Shown here piece by piece: positions 52,466 to 64,000 of a DNA stretch of 64,000 nt; the first letter of the stretch is position 1, and each line of letters opens with the position of its first letter. Below the pieces are notes generated by a model. It saw nothing but the letters and a program-made list of their open reading frames with translations, searched no databases and had not been told where the DNA came from. The stretch is from positions 341,663-405,662 of the forward strand of contig JAAOMT010000088.1 in assembly GCA_016748015.1 (NCBI GenBank), in the 5' to 3' direction. The DNA is from Geosiphon pyriformis uo1 (Eukaryota; Fungi; Glomeromycota). Position numbers and translations under genes: made by a program.

Positions 52466-52839
52466 GGGGACCTGCTGAAGCTATTTCCTTTCGCTTCTCA
52501 AACACATCTCGTGTGTTCAAAAAACTAAATCAATCAATCTTCATTTCTTGATTCTAGATTCTTTTTGAACCCTAGAGTTTTCTTTAGCTTCTTTTAGTTT
52601 CATTTTCAAATTTGTTCTCCACGTCTACTTTTTACTTTTTTTCAGTTTCACTCCAGAATTTTTGCTCTTGAAAATTAATTATAACAAGCTTTAATCTTAT
52701 CATAAACTCTTTTTACTCTTTAAATTTATACGATTCAAAAAATTCTAATTATTAAATTCTAAGCAAAAAATCTTTTTTTCTAAGCAAATCTCTCAAGAAA
52801 CCTCTTTAACCAGCTCAATTTTTTAAATCAAAAAAAAAT

Positions 52840-53430
52840 ATGCAAGCTACAATTCTTCCTCCAATCAAGTTTCTTCTTGACTCTCCCATCGATAATGGTC
52901 ATGGTAAGCTTCTTTTTCTTTTCTAATCTAAAAAAGTCAAAACATCTGGAAAATTTTCTCATTCTAATTATCATTTTATTCTTATTACAGCGACCGATTA
53001 TCTTGCTCATTCATCTAGCTCTCATCCGTTTTCTTCGAATTGTTCATCACCCCTTACCTCATCCCCTCCAATTACTCCTTTATCAACCTCTTTCCGTCTT
53101 CCCTCAATGACTCATCCCAACAAACCATCCCCATTGAGTTTAAGCGGAATTTCTAATGGATATCAAAATACTATTCGATCTCTTATCTCACCCCCAAAGT
53201 CACCTGAATCTTCACCTATTTCTAATTATTTCGATCATTATGGAACCCAGCAAGTTTCTCCTCAAGAAAATCATCAAGAACAACCAAATCGATATTCAAC
53301 TTCCCAACCACAATATAATCCTTACCCAGCTTACACTTCTGCCATTAAACCAAGCAACTTATATCCTTCAATGATCACTTCAAGACCTCAAGAGCATTAT
53401 CATAGTTATTCTCATCACAATCATCATCAT

Positions 53431-53462
<32 letters not shown>

Positions 53463-53500
53463 ACAACATCATCATCAACACCAACAACAACAACAACACC

Positions 53501-53543
<43 letters not shown>

Positions 53544-53988
53544 GCAGCAACAACAGCAATTCATTTCGCAACCTATCCCCCATCATTCTCAATCTTTGAG
53601 ACAGTCACATTGTTTACAATCAAATCCATTATCCCCATTTGATAATCGTAATACCTCAGTCGTTAAGCGCATGACCATACCTAAATCACTTATCGATGAT
53701 CAAACATCTTCCTCCTCATCAAATGCCAACCGTTATCAATGCCCATATTGTTCCAAACGATTCTCCCGCCCAAGTTCCCTTCGCATTCACACATATTCCC
53801 ACACTGGTGAAAAACCATTCATCTGTACAGAACCAGGTTGTGGACGAAAATTTTCTGTACAAAGTAACATGAGACGACATTTAAGAGTTCATCGATTGGG
53901 TCGACCAGTTAAAAAGGTTCGATATGATGGTGAAGTTGAAGGTGTTAAGGTACACATGATTCCTGCCTCAGTTTTACGGACGTGTTAA
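52840..53988 (+). CDS. Two-finger C2H2 zinc-finger transcription factor with polyQ/H tract (~353 aa)
   Basis: Exon 1 52840-52903 (MQATILPPIKFLLDSP...), GT-AG intron 52904-52990, exon 2 52991-53988 in frame with ORF 53107; fingers YQCPYCSKRFSRPSSLRIHTYSH-TGEKP-FICTEPGCGRKFSVQSNMRRHLRVH. Confidence 0.93.
53430..53559 (+). repeat. (CAA)n/(CAT)n coding microsatellite (polyQ/H)
   Basis: Directly visible. Confidence 0.95.
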
Positions 53989-55160
53989 AAAGGTCATTGT
54001 TACGAATGCTCAATTTGGGTTGGCTATTGTTTTCGCAAGGAAAAATGCCTTTCTGAAAAGAACATTAAAAAAGCCGATTTTCTGGGCGATTTTGAGTTTG
54101 AACGAGAAAAATATATAAATTAAATATCATATACACACAAAAAATAAAGATAAATTTCGAATCCAAATAATATATATCATAAAAAAAAAACTCGAAAAGT
54201 TCATTTGTGCTTCTTTTTCAGCAAGGACAATTTTAATATATTTCCTATATAATATTTTTGGACTTTCAATAGTCAATTCAAAACACCATTATTTTATTTT
54301 ATTTTTTAAAATCCTCAATTATTAAACCTTTTATATAAATTCCTAGACTTTTAAAATTTTCTACCACTACTTAACAAGCTTTTTATAAAATAGTAGACAA
54401 TTTGAAGAAGATAATGTTTAAAAAACTAGATATTTATTTCTTCTTCATTTTTTCTACTATCCGCATTTTTTCTTTTTTTTTTCTTCACTATCTTTTCTAT
54501 GCATTTTACACACCAACCGAAACCCATAATTGGGAAAAAATATAATCCTCCTGTTCATACTCTGTTTATCATATGATTCATATAACAACAAATCATTCTA
54601 TGTTTCAATTACAATTATCTGTTCATTCCTGAAAATCCCTGTTCTGTAGTTCTATCTAATCTTTCTAATATTTTCACGCGTAGAAAAAATTCTGTTCTTT
54701 TTTAGTTCCCGTTTTTGCTTATTTCATTCATTGTAAATTTTCTGTATTAAATAAATAAATAAATAAATAAATAAACAAAACAAACAAAACAAACAAACAA
54801 ACAAAACAAACAAACAAACAAACAAACAAACAAAAAAAAGGAGGATATTTTTTCGAGAAATTGTGATTGCTTTTTCGTGTGAAACCTGGAAAAACTTTTA
54901 GCAGATATTCAAACATCAATCATTGAGATGACGCGTTGACCAAATATTATATCATGATTATTATTATTTATCATCATTTAATTTTTCTTTAAACTTTTTG
55001 TTTAGACATTGTTCATTTTCCTGCTCGATACATGTTATATTAATCATAATTAAATTTAAACAGTAACATAAGAACACAAACATTATTTTTCTCAAAGATT
55101 TATTTCAATATTGGGAAAACAAAATGTTCAATTCACAGATTTCCTTTTTAAAACACGGGA

Positions 55161-55192
<32 letters not shown>

Positions 55193-58100
55193 TCTATTCC
55201 TTTCTCCATGATTTTTAGTATAATTAGTTTTGGATAATCTCAATTAAAAAAATTGTGAAAACATGTTGAATAGCATTATCAAGATTTTCTTAGACCTTTA
55301 TGCTAACTGCTGAATCTGGGGAACCCTGTGCTATCTTTCAAAACAAGTTAATTATTACTGACCGAATTTTCTGATATACTAATTAAGCCTTTTTCTTTTT
55401 TTTTTACAATTTACAAACAAGTAAATAGACAACCAATTTTATACTAGATTAATTTTTTTTTTTATCGAAGAAGGATGAATTCTTAGTTTTTTTTTTCTAT
55501 TACACAAATAAAATATCTTTATCCGCCAAACACTTTTCATTTGCCTGATAGCAAACCCAAACATTTAATAGATCAACAGAATTTGTTACATATTTTTGAA
55601 ATTCCAATAATAATTTCCCTTTGACTTTCAAGAGCAACTAATCATATCTTTTAAAACTTTCAACAGAGATTTTATATCGGGAAAAGACAGAGAGGGTTTC
55701 ATATAAATTTTTAAATAGTCTTTCAACTCATCACATATTATAAGTTAGCCAGGGTCAAAAAAAAAAAAAAAAGAAATTTAAATTTAAATTCAAATTTTAG
55801 GCATCCTTTGGCTTAATTTAGGTATTGCTTTCTCTCTTTCTTTCTCTCTCTCTCCCTCTCAATCTCTACCACGTTGTACCGATCCCGGTGAAATTCCCCA
55901 TGTTTATATGCTGCAAAAAACAAACAATAATATCAAATAACCGGTTTCTTTAAAAATGACCTTGAATACCCCAAAGAAATGTTCATTTTCATTTTAGATT
56001 ATTTATGGAGAATATGGTAAGTTGATATCACAATTATTGGCGTCGCTCAATAAATTTCAGGATTATCATTATTTATATAAATAAAAAACCGCCCAACTGA
56101 TGCAGCAAATCGCTATTTTATTATATCCAGTGAATGAGAAGAAGTCAAGCTCTTGTTAGCCAAACTTTCATTGGAAATATATTGTTGAATCCAAATGAAT
56201 CTTTTTCATTTCGTTTTATCCGAAAAACAAGTTGAGAATCCTTTTTGATTAGAACTAATTTTTATTAAGCATTGATTGTGTAAAATTTTTCCTTTTTACT
56301 TCTTTTGCTCTCATGAATGAGGTTTTGGTAAGTATGTTTATAATCTTTTTTGTTAAACTTATTCATATCGATTACTAGAAATTAACGAAATTCTTTCTTT
56401 GTTCCGCTAAAATCAAAGAAATCTTGAATTTATTCAAGTTTTTAATGACTTTGAAATATCAGCGACCAAACGTGCTTGAGTATTCAGGTATCAATAAGTT
56501 TAATTAAAATACTATGAGAGCTAAAGCATTTTTGAGCGGATTTTCAGATTTTTGTCGTCCACAAATCAGATCGGCTTGTTAAACTATTTTAGAACAATGT
56601 CGTAACGTTTGAGAACGGGAGTCAAGAAAAAAAAAATTTAGATCATTTTTTTTATTAATAATGTGTTTAAAAGACTTAAATGATTAAATTCATAAGTAAA
56701 ATAAAAATTAAAAATTGTCAGTTTTAAAGCTGTAATTTTTTCCTTTTCGATCATATATCGGCTAAACATTCAAGCCTTGTTTACAAATGGTTTAAAATAA
56801 TTTAACAAGAGCTGACCCATTTCAAGGATCGAGAGTCCGGGGATTGAAGATACAAGCCGTTTAATATTTACACAATCAAAACCAAGCATAATTTTTTTTT
56901 TCAGTTTTTCTCAGCAAAAATTGAACACATGTCTAGCTTTGCATCAGCATATATTCGTGTCAGTGCGTGATTGCATTTTCGCAAAATCAAAGGGTTACAA
57001 CATGGGTTTTAAGGTAACATTTTGAAAATCTCAGATATTTTTTAATCAAAATTCCAAGTACAAATATAAAAAAAAATAATTACTTGCTCTCAAAAACGAA
57101 TTTCTTTGGTTAATGGCTTCCACTAGAAATTTTATTTGTACTACGTGAACCGAAATTAAAGTTTTTTTTTTTTTTTTAATTGAGCATTTAAAGCTTTCTC
57201 AGGACTAAGAAAAAAAGCTCATCTGATGACAAGAAAAATTTTATGTATTAATCACGATCGATTTTTCCATATTCTAAGAAAAAGAATAGAAAAAATCTTT
57301 CATGATTAATTATAATATTAAGTTCTGGCAAAATATAATATCCATAGAATTTAAGTCTCATTCCTATCGATTATTGCCGATAATCAAAAAATTGTAAATT
57401 CAGGTTTTGTGTTTGTATTTTCATTTTTTGGTTCATTGAACTCATTGGATCCTTTGAAATTAACCAAAGAGACAGGTTTAAAATATACAAAAAAAAAAAG
57501 ATAAACGAGATTGTTTAAGGTAAGTATAGTCTGAACTTTAATATTTGAATCATAATTAGATATGATGAAAATCGACATATAAACTTCGACTTTTTGACCT
57601 ATTTTTTGATTGTTTTTGTGCATGGTTCATTGAGCTATCAACTCTAAATAAATATTCCGCAATTTTGAGAAACAATAGAATTTTTTTCGAAAATCAAAAG
57701 TTTTGCATTAATAAAAAAAATATGTGACCTTACCAAATGCTTCTTATAATTTTAAATAAAAGCTTGATCTTAAAGTGGTGCAAAATAAAATGACGTATTT
57801 CATTTTAATAAGGTTCATTATTCTAAACAAGGTTATTACAGGAGATTTTTATAACTGCCGATGTCCGAGGTTGTCATGGTCATCTGAGACTGCAACAAGA
57901 AATTAATAAAAATGCAAAGGTTTTAATTTTTAAGATACAGGAAACTAATTGGTTTATTGCATAAGAATTATGTCAGTATTACGAAGGTGATTTAATATGT
58001 AACTATCGATTCTAAATAATAATAATAAAAATTGTTGAAATTTTACATAATTCATTTTCACATTTTTGGAAAACTCCATGTCAACACAAGTAGACGATTA

Positions 58101-58374
58101 TAAAGGATTACGGAAAATTTATCGCATAAAAAGGAATTGATTATCTTTCCATTTCAAATTGTGATATAGTTTGAAAATTAAATTTCACTTTTTTAGAAAA
58201 GTTCAACAATGGTCCGTGCAGAGAATCGAATTCAATAGGCTGGATAAGAATGTTTATTGAAAATCCAAGATTGTGGTTGGATAAATTTTTTCATTTTCTA
58301 TAATCTCGTTTTTTCGAACTTTAACATTTTCTTTTTCATTTATCGTCAAAAATAAAAAGTAAAATGGATCTAAG

Positions 58375-58376
<2 letters not shown>

Positions 58377-58410
<34 letters not shown>
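58377..58410. repeat. (GAT)n microsatellite
   Basis: Directly visible. Confidence 0.9.
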
Positions 58411-59467
58411 CAAAAAGTAAATTCTTTATTCAAATGTCTGTTATGTAATGTATCTTCGAATTTTTATTTGGGGATCAGCAAGAAGAAGTAAAAAGTTGAA
58501 GAAAATATCGAGATAGCTAACAGCGAAACCAATTATCAAGAAGAATTTCCAAATATATAAAATTTTTTGGCAAGATTCATTTCAAAGATTTAATAAATTT
58601 TTATTTCCTGAATCAAAGTTGTTTAGCTCAATTATATTAATGGTAAATATTTTTACATGTGACAAAAATTAAATATTTTTCTGGATCTCATTATGTTTCT
58701 GTCCTGGACTCTGACCTAAATAGAAATTTAAATTAAGATTCATTATGTATTTCAAGATCTTTGGATCTTGATAATTTTTAACCGGTCAATTACTTGATTT
58801 TTTAATAATGCTAAAAAATTTGAAACACGTTTTTATGATTTTAAAATAAAAATCAAGAATTTTTTAAATGAAATGATTTTTTAAATAAATAAAAATAAAT
58901 TTTTAGTTTCTGTATATAATTTTTTTGTAAATATGATTAAAAGATTTCCAAAATTTTATTTATTTAAATATACAACATGAATAATTGAAGAAAATTTTTA
59001 ATAAATAAATAAATTAATATTAAATAAATAGAATAAATAGATAACATTTTTTATAAAATATTTTTGTAAATTATATATATATATATATATGTTTTTATAA
59101 TGTGATTTATATATAAATCACATTAAAATTTAATTTTTTAAATTTAAAATAAATTATTTCTTTAATTTTTAATTTTTGTAATAAAATAAATTCTTATTTT
59201 TATTTTATATTTTTTCTAAGTTTTTTTTTTTGTAATAAAATAAATAATAATAATAATTATTATTATTATTATATATTTTAATTTTTCAATAAAGTCTTGT
59301 TAAAACTCCCTCCCTCTCCTCCCCTCCCCTCCCCTCCCCTTCCAAAGAGTCAACATAATTTATGACGAAAAAAAAATTAATAATATTTCAAATTTTGCTC
59401 CGATTAAATTTAGTTCAAAATAAAATATTTTTTCTTGTATATTTATATTTTATTTAATTATAATCAT

Positions 59468-59510
<43 letters not shown>

Positions 59511-59548
59511 CTATATTAATTTTTAATACCAAAAAATTTTGAATTTAA

Positions 59549-59581
<33 letters not shown>

Positions 59582-59930
59582 GATTATTATTAAAATTTTT
59601 TTTTTTTAAATGAATTTATTCGATTATTAGAGTAAAGATTTTATTTTAAAAAAATTTTTTTTTAAAAATATAAATATCAAATATTAAAATATTTATTTCA
59701 CTTAAAAACAATCTGAATAAAATAATATATATATATTTAAATTATTTAAAAATAAATCTTTTGTTATCAATTTTTTAAAAATAATTTAATTTAATCAAAT
59801 TTATTCTAATAAAAAAAGAATAATTTTAATTAAATCTTATTTTCTAAACATTTAAATATTATTAAAATTATTTTTATGTTTTTTTTTATTTTAATTAAAA
59901 ATAAAATAAAAAATAGAATCAAATAATAAA

Positions 59931-59961
<31 letters not shown>

Positions 59962-62596
59962 CTATATTAATTTTTTTATTCTATTTTATTTATTAAACAC
60001 CAAATACAAAATACAAAATAAAGAATATTTAATAGTTTTGTTTTTTATTTATAAAATTAATAGTTAAATAAAGATTTTATTTTCAAATATTTAAAAATTA
60101 ATATTTATTTTTATTTAATCTAATAGCTTTAATTTTTAAATTCAATCAATCTTCATAATAATAAATAGTTATTAAACAAAAAGATTAATCAAAGTGATAA
60201 TAAACATGATAATATTTGACATATTTTTAACTTAAAAAATAATTCACAATTAAATATATTTATTTAAATATAAAGTAAAAGATATATTTTTATTTATATC
60301 ACTTATTGATTAAAATAATATTATAAGTATTAAACACACTTGTAATTATTTGAAAAAAAAATTGATTGATTCAATCAGAATTACATTTACAAATGTGATT
60401 TTAATATTAATAATTGTTGGGGTATTTACATGTGAACGCATAATCTTGGCATAAATTCAAGTTTAAATGGAATTTTTCCAAATTGAGATTAATATATATA
60501 CATATATATACATATATATTTCTTTCTTTCTTTCTTTCTTTACTATGAATATTTCAAAATAAAATATATTAGAGATGCAAAAATACGATTTTCTGTTAGA
60601 TTAATATAAATTTCAAGATAATTTTTTGTTTATTAAATCTAAACATGTATTTCAGATTACTAATATAACAATGGGTTTATTTCTGATTAGTTCAATTATC
60701 AGATATGATCTTTTTTTGTTAGATTCGGGGTTGCTGATTAATTTATGATATACGTCAAGCACTTGATAATTAGTAATAGAAAATGCTCATAGATTTAGAA
60801 AAGTATTCCCAAAATAAGATGGTTGGAGCGACAAGTGTTATCTTAAAATAGGTCATAATTTTTTATAAAAGTCAATGATTTGATCATTCTTATATCATTT
60901 AATTTATCAGGTTTAGAAAGGGGCGCAAACAAATAAAATTTGCATTTTTCGCCTTGAAATTTTCGTTTTCAAGCAGTAAATTATTTAAATTCTGGACACT
61001 TTAAATGACCAATAATAATTAATACAATTTTTTTTATAACAATTTCCAATTTTTTAAAAAAAAAATACTCTAAAATTTTTACTTTCAAGAAGCTGTTAAT
61101 TGAATACTAGTAAATGTATAATAAAATATGTAAAATGACCGAATTTGTAAATATTGAAGAAAAAAATTATTTATTCAAACTTTAGGAAAAATTGCTGAAT
61201 TTTTTTTAGGAAGATCTAATTGCTTTTGACATGGAAAAAAAAAGTGGCAAAGAATTTAGCACGTGATTTTTATTTTCCATTGTTGGTTTTTAATCAAAAT
61301 AACCATTAATACATGCATCATGAATGAAACATTATTAATTAAGGTTACACTGCATAAATGTTTCCACGCGTAAACAAGTAACCATTTCTCAAACATGTAA
61401 CATTCTCCGGAAAAACCAGCTCGAATTTTCGGAAAAAGTATCATTTGAATGATACAAAAAGCTCTTTTATCTTTAGATAATTTTGTGGTTCAACAGATAT
61501 TTTCTTGTAAAGCATTAAAATTCTATCAAAGAAATTCACATTTGTCATTTGTAAGTTGAGTAAATATCAATTTATTAACCTTTAAATGTTTCTATGAGAA
61601 ATAAGGTAATGTGACAGTAAGATTTTTAATAATTTTTGTCATTCAATACGTTTTTCATTATTCTCCTTTTAAATTATAATGATACCTCAAGAATATTAAC
61701 GAATTAACAAAGTAACAAAGTTTAATTCCTAATTTAACCATATATCTTATTCTTAATTTCAAAAAGAAATTTATGGTCTCTTTGAAATAAATTTTAGATA
61801 TTTAAAAAAAAACTTAATTCTCAAAATATTCATACTGATTGGTCACCAAATCTTAATCAACAAAAAAGCCAAGTTTTAAATTAGTTTACTTTTTACCTTT
61901 TTTTTAGAAATTAAAATTTAACCATTTTTTATGCTTTCCTAAAAATTATGACCATAAATAGTTTTCCTTCTCCAAAATAAATTTTTTATGTGTAACAATT
62001 CTAGCAGATGTTCATATTATATCAACGTTTCATATTAAATTTAATACATGGCAGTTAACAACCACCATTGTATTGTTACCCCAGATAGAGCCCGGTTTTT
62101 AAAATCTTTACCAAAAATGCCAGCTTGATAGACTGTGAAAGATCACGTTTCGCTTTCTTAATAAATGGCTTGATACATGTATTAATCAATAAGAAAAAGG
62201 TGTTGCAAAATAACATTCAATATATGAACCTGTCCTGTTTCAAATATTACTTTGTTTTGTGTATAATCATAAGCGCCCTGTTGCATTTAAATAGGGGGCG
62301 AAAACTTATAAATCTGCCGACTGTTTGAAATGTGATAATTTTTTAAAAAGTTTTTTCTTTCATTCTTTTGGTCTCATTGATTGAGAATTAAGTTTTTTTA
62401 ACGAATTTTTTTTAGATATTTAGAATAGAATATAGAGTCTAACTCAAAATAATTGTAAATTCTTTGCCATTTCAAAAACTGAATTTAAAAAATTCCTTTG
62501 AAAAATCCAACCTTTGAAAAATTCATTAAACTTTTTTTTATTTTCCGATTAAATCTTCATTTCATTTCATCACTCTCAAAACTTTCTTCAATAATA

Positions 62597-63406
62597 ATGA
62601 TTCGTTTGCCTTCGTACTTTTATTTCCTTTGCCTTTCCAGTTGGTTATTTACTCATATTTTATCAATACCTCTCACAAAACGAGATCAATTCTCAGGTGA
62701 TGCAACCTTTTACAACCCTGGTCTTGGGGCATGTGGTCAAACGAGTAGTGATAGTTCATTAATCGCAGCCATCAATCGTCCGCAATGGGGAAACCCTTCA
62801 AATCCCAATATGAATCCAATCTGTGGAAAGCAAGCCATTGTCAAAGGACCGAAAGGAACAGTTACTGTAACAGTTGTGGATATGGTGAGTTAAGAATAGA
62901 AAAGATTTGAAAAAATGGTTTAATGAATGCATATAATTTTTTGTAAGAAATCAATTCAGCATCTAATTTTTTTAAATTATCTTACAAAGTGCCCTGTCTG
63001 CGGATTTGGTAGCCTCGATTTATCCCCAGCTGCATTTAATCAAATTGGCGACCCCAACGCCGGTCGAATATCAATAACATGGTCATTTGCAGGGGAAAAT
63101 TCACCAGCTCCATCTTCTTCATCTTCATCATCATCATCATCTTCTTCTTCTTCTTCACCATCTTCTTCACTTCCTCCATCACTATCAACTCCAAATAGTA
63201 ACCAACACACTACAAGCATTAGTTCTGCTCAAAAATTGCCCACTCCAACTTCATCACCTGGAGCGAGCTCAACATCGTCTTCGTTACCTTCGTCGACAAG
63301 TAATGCATCCCACACACCCCTCATGATAAAGAATACTAAATTAGCTGATATTGCTTTTGCTTTCGTTCATGGTGAAGTTTTGATAGAAATCATTAATTTA
63401 AAGTAA
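62597..63406 (+). CDS. Secreted RlpA-like double-psi beta-barrel (expansin-like/loosenin-type) protein with Ser/Thr/Pro-rich tail
   Basis: Signal-peptide-like MIRLPSYFYFLCLSSWLFTHILS and a Kex2-like KR; FSGDATFYNPGLGACG...ICGK....GPKGTVTVTVVDM; intron 62885-62989 (GT..AAG); CPVCGFGSLDLSPAAFNQIGDPNAGRISITWSF. The 3' end is uncertain (possible intron ~63372-63452). Confidence 0.9.
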
Positions 63407-63693
63407 ATTTATTAAATAGATTTTCTGGTCTTTTATTTTGTTCAATAATCAGATTACTTGATGATTTTGAAAATCACAGGACTATCATTTGGGTGATAAT
63501 TCCTGCGAGATTCTAATTATTCAAATTAAAATGTTTAAGAAAAATAACAGTATAGAATTTAATTGAGCTCATATTCTACCAATTGTTGCAAAATCTTTAT
63601 TCAAATTTTATGTTTTAAACAAAAAACAATAAAGATTGACCTAAACTAAAATCTTTCAAGATCTCAAATGTGGAACTTCGCATATTGCAAATA

Positions 63694-63755
63694 TTGGATG
63701 GAAAATCATTCGGCACTTGGATGGAAAATCATTCGGCACTTGGTTTGAAAATCAC
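63694..63755. repeat. 23-bp tandem duplication (TTGGATGGAAAATCATTCGGCAC x2 plus a partial copy)
   Basis: Directly visible. Confidence 0.85.
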
Positions 63756-64000
63756 TTTAGCTCTACCACAAATAAATTGATCATAATCATTGTAAGAATA
63801 TAAAACTCTTCACAAATTTTGTAGGGATGACAAGTGAAGGAGATTGTATTAAAGGGTTACACCTTTTGGTCAAATCATATTTAGATGCTTAGCTGTTATG
63901 ATCGGGAGAAATTATATTCGACTAATCCAAAGATGATGAAAGACAATTAGAAAATGTTAAAGAAATTCTGTTAAACAGAAATATATAAATATTTAAGATA

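Noticed and set aside
53380-53592. Poly-Leu membrane protein ORF on the - strand
   Set aside because: Antisense reading of the polyQ (CAA)n tract.
58364-58560. Possible small acidic two-exon gene around the (GAT)n repeat
   Set aside because: No in-frame start and no recognisable homology; unsupported without transcripts.
63694-63755. CRISPR-like or regulatory repeat array
   Set aside because: Only about 2.5 contiguous units and no spacers; simple tandem duplication.

Overview
Eukaryotic, intron-containing, AT-rich fungal DNA. The repeat families, a Crinkler remnant and the short introns point to Glomeromycotina; the repeat-encoded peptides resemble ones I recall from Geosiphon pyriformis (inference, not searched). 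Three host genes flank a ~44 kb transposon island (~1.6-46 kb): the 5' part of an ARPC1/Arc40 gene (1-434, -), a two-finger C2H2 transcription factor with polyQ (52840-53988, +) and a secreted RlpA/DPBB expansin-like protein (62597-63406, +). Target-site duplications resolve the island into nested elements: a full-length APE-RT-RNaseH LINE, a deleted LINE, two copies of an ORF1-only 'half-LINE' sharing the LINE 3' end, three Ty3/Gypsy elements with 4-bp TSDs (one family carries a dUTPase; two copies have an extra ORF after pol), two solo LTRs, and a TA-flanked IS630-Tc1-mariner-like DNA transposon. Main highlights: (1) this DNA transposon carries a spliced bromodomain gene between its TIRs, divergent from the transposase; (2) the repeats, but not the flanking genes, show heavy C>T/G>A mutation in all dinucleotide contexts (about 70 transitions vs 2 transversions between one LTR pair; 10 nonsense codons and no frameshift in the LINE), which looks like a RIP-like genome defence in a lineage where RIP is not established.
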